Source: Candidatus Woesearchaeota archaeon
GTDB taxonomy: Archaea; Nanobdellota; Nanobdellia; Woesearchaeales; CAZJJJ01
Length of the DNA stretch: 34,029 bases
Assembly: GCA_046538795.1 (NCBI GenBank)
Contig: JBKHIF010000006.1
Coordinates: forward strand, 1 to 34,029
Reading direction: 5' to 3'
Shown here: piece by piece, positions 1 to 9,521 of the stretch
Position numbering within the stretch: position 1 is the first letter of the stretch
Layout: every line of letters begins with the position of its first letter
The notes under the pieces: model-generated
What the model was told of the DNA's origin: nothing
The model's database searches: none
The model's input: the letters and a program-made list of their open reading frames with translations, nothing else
Made by a program: the position numbers and the translations under genes

Positions 1-1
1 A

Positions 2-3000
2 AAAACAGGTCTGTTTCTTGGTTATTATATTTTCAAAAACAACTTTTTCTCTAATACAAGCAGAGGAATATATGTTGGAAATTCAGGAAGAAATAACATA
101 TCAAATAACTATCTTGAAAGCAATTCCAGCAATGCTTTACAAACATTAGGTGAAGCATCAAAATTAAATAATATAATCAACAACACTTTGAAAAGTTATT
201 CGGGACGAGGTATGAGGATAGGAAGTCCCTATAATCGCGTTATAGGAAATAACATTTCTATCGCAGTTGCTAAGCAGGCATTGTTCATAAGAGATGATCA
301 TAACTATTTTTATAAAAATCTGGCTGTCTGTGAATCTTGCGGTCCATGGGCATATGGCATAGATCTATACCTTGTAAAAAATATTACGTTGATCAATAAT
401 ACAGGTGTTTCAAACCAAAGTTATGGTATATTTCTTAATAATGTACGTAATGTAACTTTGATAAATAATACTGCGCTTTCAAATTCAGGACGAGCAACAC
501 AATTATCGTTATCATATGATATAGAATTTTATAATCACTATAGTCTTAGTAATTCCAGTTCTGGAATCTGTTTCGCAAGTTCTAACAATACTATTGTTGT
601 TAATTCAACCTTTTTAGGAAGTTATCTTTCAGGAATGTCAGATGACATTTGCATTGATCCTGATCTGGGTTCAAATAATATAACATTGATTAATAATAGT
701 TTTGATACAATTGATCTAAATGGTGATGAAAACAATATAACAATCGCAAGATATGTAAGAGCAAACATAACAAGTTCAGGAAATCCTGTGAATGGTGCAA
801 CAGTAACAGGAACAGATATCTTTGAAACACAAAGATTCACCGGAACAACTGATTCATCAGGTTTGACAGATTATTTTGTAGGTTATATGTATACTCAAAA
901 TTCATCTCATAAAATTTCGTACAATAATCATACGCTAAATGTTTCAAAAACAGGATATTATGCAAATTCAGTTTCTGCAAACCTTTCATCAGATTATATG
1001 GTAAATGTTAATATTCTTATTTCAGATTTAACACCTCCACAAATAATCCTGGATTATCCATATGATTCTCAAATATTGTCACAACACACCATCCCCCTGA
1101 ATTTCACAGCAACAGACAATCTTGCAGAAATCCTTGTCTGCAACATAACAGTAAATGGAGAAACAAATATATCAGGACTGAATGCAGATAACAATACAGC
1201 TGCAACTCATTACTTAACAGAACTTAAAAGAGGAACATATTTCTGGAATGTCACGTGCAGGGATAATGACTATAACTACAATACCTCTGAAACAAGATCA
1301 TTCACTGTGCAAAACACCCCGCCTGACTTGGTATCTATTTCAGAAGAAAGCGCAACAATAACAGGTGGAAGCCTTCAGACAATAACTACAACAAATCCAG
1401 ATGATTATGATCATGATAATCTTGATCTTGTCTGCTGCATAACAACAGAAGGATCCTGCATGCCTGATGAGAACAATAATTCCTGTACTGGAGGAAATTA
1501 TCTCGGACAATCTCATCCATATTCTGGAATCAATTGCACTATTCCAGTTCCTCTTGCAACAGGCACAGGAACAGTAAACTGTACTCTTACAGACGGTTTT
1601 GACTATTCATCATATCATGAAACAACATTTACAATAACACCAGGAGCTCAATATCTTACATATGATGTTCCTCCTACAAATGATTTCAACTCAGAACCAA
1701 ATATAGAAAACATATGCCAACCTCTTATCCAAAAGAATAACACTGCAAAAATACATTGGAATTCCTGCCTTAATTTTTCAGGTGCAGATCTTGACAGTCA
1801 GATAAACCTAAGCAATAACCATGTAGGTATATCATCAGAAAACCTTCATCAGACATTCAACACATCAGCAAATATAACAATCTTTAACCTCTCTTATGAA
1901 TTTCAACCGGTCGTATATAAAGATGGATTATTATGCACAACTCCGTTGTGTAATATAACAGGATATGGGGAGGGAGAGCTAAACTTTACAGCATCAGGAT
2001 TTTCAGATTATAACGCAGGAGAGAACTCTATTCTTGATACTTGGGACAGCGCCGATAATAAAGGTGGAGGAAATGTAATCTATCCAGATGAAAATGCAGT
2101 CTTTACTGCAAACTATACAAACACAACTGGAAATACAATAAATGCAACAAACATTAGCTGTAATATAACTTTCTCTGACTCACCTGATATACACAGAATG
2201 TCTTATTCGAAAACTACAAGACTTTACACATATATTAGAAACTTTCCAAACAGCATATCATATCAATGGAATGTAACATGCAATGGAACTGCTCTTGGTT
2301 ATGAAATTATAACTGAATCAGATTCAATAACTATCACATGTGAAGAATCATGGAGCTGTGAAGCATGGAGTTCCTGTTCTGGAGGAACTCAAACCAGGAC
2401 ATGTACAGATGCAAACAGTTGTGGAACAACACTTCAAAGACCTTCTTTATCCCAGTCCTGCACAGATCCTTCAGATGATTCGCCAAGCTCTGGATCTCCT
2501 TCAAGCAGTCCAAGCGGAGGAACATCACCTTCTTTACCAAGCACATCAAATACAAGAACAAAAGCATGGCTTAAGATAGATGAAAACAAAACTGTCATAT
2601 GGAATGTAGGAGATTTTGAAGTAACCCGGGTAGATGTAAAGGCAAAATCTCTAGCAAATAACCCTAAGATGACAGTAAAAGTACTTGAAGCAAAACCAGA
2701 TTCAGTATCTTATATAACAGGCAGTTATGAATATTTTGAGATTGAATCAGAAAATCTTGATCCTGATGAGACAAAGATAATATTCAGAGTGAAGAATGAT
2801 TGGTTAGAATCAAATAACAAGGATTATTTTCACATAAAGCTTTCAAGATATGAAGATTCATGGGTTGATATTCCAACAAAATATCTCAACCAAGATGAAA
2901 CATATTCTTATTTTGAATCATCGATAACCAGTTTTGGGACATTTGCAGTCAGGACAGATCAACCGGTTCAGGAATATGAAGAAACTCCTTTACAGAACGA

Positions 3001-3607
3001 AACATCACAAGCAGCACATGATAAAATACCTGAGACCTATGAAAACAATACAATGCCTGAAAATATAACTAATGAAAAAACATCTGAGAATAAAGAAACC
3101 AAAAAAACAGAACTTGACTTTGTCAAGATTGGCATAACTATTGTAATCCTGATAAGCATCACTGTGCTTGCTTACTTTGGGGCTGTAAAATACAAATCTC
3201 TATCAGCAGAAAAAAATAAAGCATCTGAGACGAATTCCTATCAGAAAGAAAAACATAAAGAAGATGACATTGAAAAAATAGTCGATTACATATCAAAGGC
3301 AAAAAAGCTTGGAATAACAAATGAAGATATAATAAAAGAACTTGCAGATGTCGGTTGGCCTACACAGAAAATACAGAAAGCCTTTGACCGGTATAATTCA
3401 ACTTCTCAAAGCAAAGAAGTCATACAGAAAAAGATTACAGAAGAAGAGGAAAAAATGATTGAATATATCAAAAAGACAAGCGCTCTTGGAATTAAAGATG
3501 ATGACATAATAAATGAACTGTTAAATGTGGGCTGGGATAAAAAAATAATTGATGAAGCTTACAAAAAATATAAATCAAAAAATCCGAATCCATCAAAACA
3601 AATATAA
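2..3607 (+). CDS. Large cell-surface protein, 5'-truncated by the window edge: beta-helix (PbH1/NosD-like) repeats, Ig-like domains, TSP1-like Cys motif, PGF-pre-PGF-like domain, TM helix, cytoplasmic helical repeats
   Basis: Frame is open from base 2 (KTGLFLGYYIFKNNFFSNTSRGIYVGNSG...), so TTG 188 is not the start. Repeated GIxL..N.TL.NN turns, many N-x-S/T sequons, CEESWSCEAWSSC..QTRTC, S/P linker, YEYFEI...SFGTFAV, TM IGITIVILISITVLAYFGAV. Confidence 0.85.
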   Translation, partial: KTGLFLGYYIFKNNFFSNTSRGIYVGNSGRNNISNNYLESNSSNALQTLGEASKLNNIINNTLKSYSGRGMRIGSPYNRVIGNNISIAVAKQALFIRDDHNYFYKNLAVCESCGPWAYGIDLYLVKNITLINNTGVSNQSYGIFLNNVRNVTLINNTALSNSGRATQLSLSYDIEFYNHYSLSNSSSGICFASSNNTIVVNSTFLGSYLSGMSDDICIDPDLGSNNITLINNSFDTIDLNGDENNITIARYVRANITSSGNPVNGATVTGTDIFETQRFTGTTDSSGLTDYFVGYMYTQNSSHKISYNNHTLNVSKTGYYANSVSANLSSDYMVNVNILISDLTPPQIILDYPYDSQILSQHTIPLNFTATDNLAEILVCNITVNGETNISGLNADNNTAATHYLTELKRGTYFWNVTCRDNDYNYNTSETRSFTVQNTPPDLVSISEESATITGGSLQTITTTNPDDYDHDNLDLVCCITTEGSCMPDENNNSCTGGNYLGQSHPYSGINCTIPVPLATGTGTVNCTLTDGFDYSSYHETTFTITPGAQYLTYDVPPTNDFNSEPNIENICQPLIQKNNTAKIHWNSCLNFSGADLDSQINLSNNHVGISSENLHQTFNTSANITIFNLSYEFQPVVYKDGLLCTTPLCNITGYGEGELNFTASGFSDYNAGENSILDTWDSADNKGGGNVIYPDENAVFTANYTNTTGNTINATNISCNITFSDSPDIHRMSYSKTTRLYTYIRNFPNSISYQWNVTCNGTALGYEIITESDSITITCEESWSCEAWSSCSGGTQTRTCTDANSCGTTLQRPSLSQSCTDPSDDSPSSGSPSSSPSGGTSPSLPSTSNTRTKAWLKIDENKTVIWNVGDFEVTRVDVKAKSLANNPKMTVKVLEAKPDSVSYITGSYEYFEIESENLDPDETKIIFRVKNDWLESNNKDYFHIKLSRYEDSWVDIPTKYLNQDETYSYFESSITSFGTFAVRTDQPVQEYEETPLQNETSQAAHDKIPETYENNTMPENITNEKTSENKETKKTELDFVKIGITIVILISITVLAYFGAVKYKSLSAEKNKASETNSYQKEKHKEDDIEKIVDYISKAKKLGITNEDIIKELADVGWPTQKIQKAFDRYNSTSQSKEVIQKKITEEEEKMIEYIKKTSALGIKDDDIINELLNVGWDKKIIDEAYKKYKSKNPNPSKQI

Positions 3608-3632
3608 ATTAATCTATTGGAGCAAAATTATA

Positions 3633-5288
3633 ATGCGCAATAAAAAAGCATACCTGTACATAGCACTATTCATCTTGCTCGGCTCTTGTGCAAGTGCATA
3701 TTTCTATATAGAGACAGAAGAACATGGAAGCGTTCTTGATTATTATAGTGAATACTATCTCGTAAGTGTCAAGGGAAATCTTACTATTGAAAACAGATAT
3801 AATTTTTCTCTATATGCAATAAGGATTCCGTTTAATCCCAGCAGCCTTACTGTGTTTTCTCTTGATGAGGATGTTGAGATCGCAGGAAACTCAATAAGGA
3901 TATCTCTTCTTGAACCTAATGAATCATTTACTTTTAGTTATTTTGTATATGGTGTTGCGACAGAAGATCCTTTCAATGATCTTTACAATAACAGATCAAG
4001 TGCATTGAGAGACCTGATTGACAACACAGTAATAACAGCCTATGCAGACATGGTTTTCAGCCTCACAAAGGCAGAACTCGGGAAAACTGATGTAAATCGA
4101 CCTCTTGAAGTCAGCATAACAAATCCGACCGAGCTTGAATATAAGGTAGAAAATTTAAGGATCATAAAGACACATGATGAAGATATAAACAATGAGATAT
4201 ATCACATAGATATAAATTCAAAACAGGTTCTTTATGGTTATGAGGAATGGACCCAGGCAGTTACAGATACTAATTCAGGTCTTAAGGAAAGTGATATCTA
4301 CTGGCTCTACATAGATATTGTTCCTCAGAATTTCAATATCCTGTATAATGACAGTGTAGATATAAAGATCCTTTCAGAAGAAAATCTTGATGAGTTCCCT
4401 AAGGACACACCAGCAATCCCTGATTCAGGAGGAGATTCTCCATCAACAGGAAAGACTCCTACAGCAAGGGTTTTCTTGAGAAAAACTGCTGAACCTACAA
4501 GGATTATTCCCGGGCAACTCATGAACATAACTCTTATAGTTACAAATCTTGAACAGCAGGCCAAAGTCATAGTTCTTGAAGATACAATACCAGACGGTTT
4601 TGAATTTGTGGATGCTTATGATAATCCTGCAACAAACCTGAAAATAAGAAATAACAAGGTGCAGTGGACGCTTGAAGTAAATAAAGATACATCTAAAGTA
4701 GTGTATTTTACCCTGCGTTTCATAGACAATCAAAGTGTTGGTCTTGACTATCTTCCTGCAGCTGTCGCAACCTATGAAGGCATGGAAGTTCTTTCGCCAC
4801 GCGTTCCGATAATCAAGCGTTTTGTTCCACGAAAAACATTGTATCTTCAAAAAAGCTTAAACTATCTTTCATCAGATCAGGTAAAAGTAACTCTTATACT
4901 GAAAAACATGGGTGAGACATCTATTTCCGGACTTGTGCTAAGAGATTATTTTGAAGCTAACGCTCCATTCAGCGAAATAACTGTTTCACCTGAATCAAAA
5001 GGTACATGGAATATAGATGAACTTGAGGTCAATGAAGAATGGATAGTATCCTACATGACTGATAACCATGCTCAGATTGAGACTCTTCCTTCTCTTTATG
5101 GTATAGAGGATATGTATGTTTTAAAGACTCTTATAAGAGAAAACATTGTATCAAGATATGTATTCATGCCAGGAGTCAATGTGATAGAATTTGTCGGGCT
5201 TGTTGTAGTCATACTTTTTCCAATGGTGTTTTTCTACTTAAGATATCTGAAAAAGAAACTCCAGAGACTGAAAGGAGAAGACTATTAG
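3633..5288 (+). CDS. Secreted, membrane-anchored protein with DUF11-like Ig domains
   Basis: Likely start MRNKKAYLYIALFILLGSCASA (signal peptide), which avoids overlap with the upstream gene. LRKTAEP..ITLIVTN..VLEDTIPDGF pattern; C-terminal TM followed by a basic tail. Confidence 0.8.
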   Translation: MRNKKAYLYIALFILLGSCASAYFYIETEEHGSVLDYYSEYYLVSVKGNLTIENRYNFSLYAIRIPFNPSSLTVFSLDEDVEIAGNSIRISLLEPNESFTFSYFVYGVATEDPFNDLYNNRSSALRDLIDNTVITAYADMVFSLTKAELGKTDVNRPLEVSITNPTELEYKVENLRIIKTHDEDINNEIYHIDINSKQVLYGYEEWTQAVTDTNSGLKESDIYWLYIDIVPQNFNILYNDSVDIKILSEENLDEFPKDTPAIPDSGGDSPSTGKTPTARVFLRKTAEPTRIIPGQLMNITLIVTNLEQQAKVIVLEDTIPDGFEFVDAYDNPATNLKIRNNKVQWTLEVNKDTSKVVYFTLRFIDNQSVGLDYLPAAVATYEGMEVLSPRVPIIKRFVPRKTLYLQKSLNYLSSDQVKVTLILKNMGETSISGLVLRDYFEANAPFSEITVSPESKGTWNIDELEVNEEWIVSYMTDNHAQIETLPSLYGIEDMYVLKTLIRENIVSRYVFMPGVNVIEFVGLVVVILFPMVFFYLRYLKKKLQRLKGEDY

Positions 5289-5299
5289 ATTAAGAGGAA

Positions 5300-5587
5300 T
5301 CAGTATTCTTCTGTAGAATTAATAGAATCAAGCATATCATTAAGGCGGTTGATCTCATCTATTATTTCTTTTGTTTCGTTAAGTTCGCCTTTAAAATCAG
5401 TTCCTGCAAGATTAGGCGCGCAGTATGAGATATCAATACCTCTGAAAGCACAGTCAATTGCGCTGTTCATATCTTCAGCATACCTTACAACCTTTTCTGA
5501 GGTTGATTCAGCAATCTCGATAAGCTGCATGGCAAGGCCTAAAACAAGACTCATTACAATAGGTATAGTAATAATTTCTTTTGACAT
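5300..5587 (-). CDS. Small hypothetical protein with N-terminal hydrophobic helix
   Basis: 95-aa ORF filling the gap between two + strand genes; N-terminal hydrophobic segment, Cys pair, helical C-terminus. Confidence 0.65.
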   Translation of the reverse strand: MSKEIITIPIVMSLVLGLAMQLIEIAESTSEKVVRYAEDMNSAIDCAFRGIDISYCAPNLAGTDFKGELNETKEIIDEINRLNDMLDSINSTEEY

Positions 5588-5704
5588 CTCACAACCACTT
5601 ATCGTCGAGAAACACCATGAATATTTAAATCTATTCCTAAAAAGCCACTTTATAGTGGTAAAAAAAGAAACATTTATAAATAACCTGTCTGGCAGTCTTA
5701 ATTG

Positions 5705-6235
5705 ATGAGTGGTGAAAATTTATGTTTGGAAAAGAAAATAGGGTCAAAGCTGATATTTCTTCTGCTGATGGCTCTTTCAGGAACAGTGCTTGGAATAGTT
5801 GGTAATGTCTATTTTCATGAAGTTGGTCATTATTTGGTTGCAAAAGCATATGATCTTGAACCAGAGATGCATTTTACTACAGGTAATTCTGATGGTGGTC
5901 TTTTCAGCATCATAATGAGCAATGAATTCAAAGCGTTCGTAAGATTCAATGCAACAAAAAATCAGATCCAAAACCTTTTAGTCACATCTGCAGGACCGTT
6001 GGTCAACCTGTTTTTTTCCATAGTTCTTGCAGTGCTGTATTTTGGAGTTTTGAGAAAACTCAAGAAAAATAAAGACCTTTATGTAAAAAAATTCTGGGTT
6101 TTTCTTATGCTTGATGTGGTGTTTGTATCTTTTTTCATACCGTCAATTTTGTCTTTTGTGATTAATATGTCGCTTATAAGCGGCTCAGATGGAACTGTTA
6201 TCTACTCCCTTATAAGACAGATATTTTTCAGTTGA
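5705..6235 (+). CDS. M50-like membrane metallopeptidase
   Basis: HEVGH motif after TM1, AGPLVN motif, N...SDG third-ligand motif. BRE/TATA gaaacatttataaa about 25 bp upstream of ATG 5705. Confidence 0.8.
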   Translation: MSGENLCLEKKIGSKLIFLLLMALSGTVLGIVGNVYFHEVGHYLVAKAYDLEPEMHFTTGNSDGGLFSIIMSNEFKAFVRFNATKNQIQNLLVTSAGPLVNLFFSIVLAVLYFGVLRKLKKNKDLYVKKFWVFLMLDVVFVSFFIPSILSFVINMSLISGSDGTVIYSLIRQIFFS

Positions 6236-6391
6236 TCTGATAATCATAGATTAATTATATAATGTCAATAATACAAGATATTTTCTCTTAAATATTAGGA
6301 TATAAACTGTTTATTGCAAAATTTGTCCTTTTCTAGTGTACAATAACATTTTTAAACTTATTCTTTTGTAACTATACTACAGTAATGCAAA

Positions 6392-9300
6392 ATGTTTTTT
6401 AAGCATGCAAGAGAGGGATTTTTGATATTGGTAGTTATAGCTTTTTTTCTTAGCTTTGCGTCTTTATCCTGCTTTGCTGCTGAAGATAAAACAGAGGACG
6501 TTTCAAAAAATATCCCTCCTGATGGCATATATCTTATAAGACCAGAATTATCAGATACTAATGCAGTTGACTTCAGGCCTGAATTCGTAACAGGAGAAAA
6601 TCTTTTATTCTATACGTGTCTTGAGGGAATTGATACTGCTTATTCTTCTATTGTTTGCGAGGATGATTATGGGGTAATATCTGAGCTTCCCACACATCCC
6701 TGGAAATGGGGATGCTTTATCTCATATTTTGACTTGAATGAAACAACTTGCCCCAATCTCGTGATACAGACTGAATATCCATGGAAAGATGAGATACAAA
6801 GGATATCTGATAAGATTGTCCTAAAGAATTTTAATTCAATACCTTATGATGTCCTTCTTGATCAGGATAATGACGGCGGCTGGGGAGATGCAGTTAGTAC
6901 TGCTTATTCTCTTTGGGTGTTCTCTACTTTCAATCGCGAACATTTTGAAAATACTTATCAGGAACAGATTGAAGACGGAATGACTTGGCTTAAGGATAAC
7001 AGAGACGAAGAGCTTAAATGCTGGCCTGAAGATGAATGCAACATAAAGATTACTGCAATGATACTTGCATTTCTTACACAGTCAGGATTTGAAGATGATC
7101 CTGTATGGTACAGAATTGTCCATGATGCAAAAATCTGGCTTGAGTCCCAGCAGAATATTTTTGATCCTGTGGATCCTTCAGAAGGAGACCCTTCTCCCTA
7201 TGAGTGGACTTTCATGATAACAGGGGAAAATTGGACAATAGAAGGTTCTGGTGTAAGCATAAATTATACAGACTGCATCCTGACATATGCAGACGAGATC
7301 GATCAGGCGATAAAAGTTCCTTTTGACCAGTCTCTTAATTTTTCTTTCACTCCAATACATAATGAACAATTTGATTTTGCATGCGCCCAGAATAATCTTG
7401 ATGTACACATCTTTGATCACAGAGATCAAAACATATTCAATACTTCTACAATAAATCTCTCGTATGTAATTCCAGGACCTTGCTGGGATGATGAGGAAAA
7501 ATGGCAGCATTGCGATGTGGAAACAACATTATTCGGTTCAATGGTAGGTCTTGAACCTGTGAGAAAAGATCTTGCTGTCAACTGGTTAATAGACGCTTTA
7601 AATCAGGATGAACTTGGTGCGCGCTTTAATACATCAAAAGAGATTACAGACACTGCCTGGATGCTTTTCAATCGCTTTGCAAAAGATGAAGAATCAAGCA
7701 TCCAAATGGAAGATAATATATCACTTTCAGACATAGAAAGAAGGATGGTGAGATTTCTTCTTTATAATCAAAACAATGACGGCAGCTGGGGAAATTCTTC
7801 AGATACTGATGATCAGCCAATAATAAAGACTGCCATAGCTGCGATGGCCATAGATCAGGTTAACAATGGAAGCTTTGCAGAAAATCTTGCTGATGCAAAT
7901 AATTGGATATCAGATAATGAACCTGCTGCAGGTTGGGATACTGTAGAAAAGAATTCTTTGTCTTTTCTTACTTTCAGCAGAAGCGCAAAACCATTCATAA
8001 GATCAGATCCTTTACTTGTTTATATGAACAATCCTGTCCAGATAGTTCAGCTATATAATCCAAGCAGTTTTGATTTTACAGAACTTGAATTTATAGTTGA
8101 TGAGAATCTTCAGGAATATATCGAGGTTGAGCCTATCGGAAGCCTTTTGTCTGATTACTATAAGGAATTCACTATAAGACAGAAGAAAAAGATCGACAAG
8201 ACAGAGTATGGCTATATAACTATAATGAATGATGAACAGGAAATATCAAAAATTCCTGTACTTGTTCAGGCAGTGCCTACACTTAACATAACATCTCCTG
8301 ATGAAGTTTACATATTTGGCGGAAAAGGTGTTGTAAATTTCAGGATATCTAAGTCTCCTGAAACCCTGAACTGTGACCTGACCTGGGATGATGTAAAAGT
8401 CACAACCAAGTCAAAATTTACTCTGACAAATGAGAAGACGCTGAATACAGAGATAATAATAAGTGAAGTTAGAAATCAGGATGTTACTTATACAGGAGAA
8501 TTTTTATGCGTGCATGAAGATACCGAGATAGAGATTCCTGTAACAATTGATACAAAACAGTTTGATTCTTTTCCGTTCTCGGTAAATCCGTCTGTTATAA
8601 ATGTAAGTTCAACCGAAGAAAAACCCTTGTTTACAATATATAACAATGTGGATAAGCCTATTGTGGTTGATATTGAATTTATAGAAGAAGATCCGTATCT
8701 TGCAATAGATCAGCAGATTGCAGAAATTCCTCCGCTTGACAAATATGAAATTACACTCTCCTCTTTTTTTGTAGAAAATGAATCTGTAGAATATACCAAT
8801 GAGATAGTGGTATCTGCATATGGCAAGACAGAAACAATAGATGTTCTTGTTTCTATTGAAGCAACACAGAAAAGAGCATCATTTGTCGGTCTTATAATAA
8901 TCTTCACAATAGTATTCGGAACCTTGGGCGCAGGAGGATATTTTGCATATCAGAACAAGGAAAAATTGATAGCATTGATACCTCCTCAGATTGCAGCAAA
9001 ATTCAATATGCTTCCAAGCGTCAAAACAGGAGGAGACGAAGAAAAAGTAGATTCAAAGAATTATCTTCATGTTGCAGAACTTATCAAAATCATGGTTGGA
9101 CTTGGGCAGGACGAGGATGAGATCACAAAAAGACTTAAGTCAGAAGGCTACAATGACGGCGAGATAAACGAAGTCTTTGAAAGAGTAAAAGAAGAGATGG
9201 AAACTGAAGAAGTTCTTGAAAAAGAAGAGAAATTCATGAAACTTATGAAATCTCTTGAGATGGATGTTGGCACAACACGTTCTAAGCTGAAACAGGAAGG

Positions 9301-9460
9301 ATTTACAGATGCAGAGATACAGGAAGCATTCAAACAGACTGAAGATGAGATAACCAAGAAAGAAAAAGAGATAAAGCAGAAATTATCTGATGAAGAAAAA
9401 TATAATGTTTCTGATGAAGAAGCTAAAACATCAAAATCAGGAGAGAAAAAAGAAGAATAG
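6392..9460 (+). CDS. Surface protein with prenyltransferase/squalene-cyclase-like QW repeats, Ig-like domains, TM and charged cytoplasmic tail
   Basis: Signal peptide; QDNDGGWG and QNNDGSWG followed by TA..L helices; TM FVGLIIIFTIVFGTLGAGGYFAY; acidic helical tail. Confidence 0.8.
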   Translation: MFFKHAREGFLILVVIAFFLSFASLSCFAAEDKTEDVSKNIPPDGIYLIRPELSDTNAVDFRPEFVTGENLLFYTCLEGIDTAYSSIVCEDDYGVISELPTHPWKWGCFISYFDLNETTCPNLVIQTEYPWKDEIQRISDKIVLKNFNSIPYDVLLDQDNDGGWGDAVSTAYSLWVFSTFNREHFENTYQEQIEDGMTWLKDNRDEELKCWPEDECNIKITAMILAFLTQSGFEDDPVWYRIVHDAKIWLESQQNIFDPVDPSEGDPSPYEWTFMITGENWTIEGSGVSINYTDCILTYADEIDQAIKVPFDQSLNFSFTPIHNEQFDFACAQNNLDVHIFDHRDQNIFNTSTINLSYVIPGPCWDDEEKWQHCDVETTLFGSMVGLEPVRKDLAVNWLIDALNQDELGARFNTSKEITDTAWMLFNRFAKDEESSIQMEDNISLSDIERRMVRFLLYNQNNDGSWGNSSDTDDQPIIKTAIAAMAIDQVNNGSFAENLADANNWISDNEPAAGWDTVEKNSLSFLTFSRSAKPFIRSDPLLVYMNNPVQIVQLYNPSSFDFTELEFIVDENLQEYIEVEPIGSLLSDYYKEFTIRQKKKIDKTEYGYITIMNDEQEISKIPVLVQAVPTLNITSPDEVYIFGGKGVVNFRISKSPETLNCDLTWDDVKVTTKSKFTLTNEKTLNTEIIISEVRNQDVTYTGEFLCVHEDTEIEIPVTIDTKQFDSFPFSVNPSVINVSSTEEKPLFTIYNNVDKPIVVDIEFIEEDPYLAIDQQIAEIPPLDKYEITLSSFFVENESVEYTNEIVVSAYGKTETIDVLVSIEATQKRASFVGLIIIFTIVFGTLGAGGYFAYQNKEKLIALIPPQIAAKFNMLPSVKTGGDEEKVDSKNYLHVAELIKIMVGLGQDEDEITKRLKSEGYNDGEINEVFERVKEEMETEEVLEKEEKFMKLMKSLEMDVGTTRSKLKQEGFTDAEIQEAFKQTEDEITKKEKEIKQKLSDEEKYNVSDEEAKTSKSGEKKEE

Positions 9461-9521
9461 TAATAATATTTTTAATTAATGTCTGTTGCTTTAATAAATA
9501 TTAGTTCTAAACAAAAAAGAA

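Noticed and set aside
188..190. TTG 188 as the start of the first gene
   Set aside because: Frame is open to the window edge with the same repeat pattern and no signal peptide follows 188.
3549..3632. N-terminal extension of the second ORF
   Set aside because: Overlaps the upstream gene; the signal peptide starts at ATG 3633.
5349..5849. ORFs 5349-5705 (+) and 5637-5849 (-)
   Set aside because: Shadow frames overlapping better-supported genes and a promoter region.
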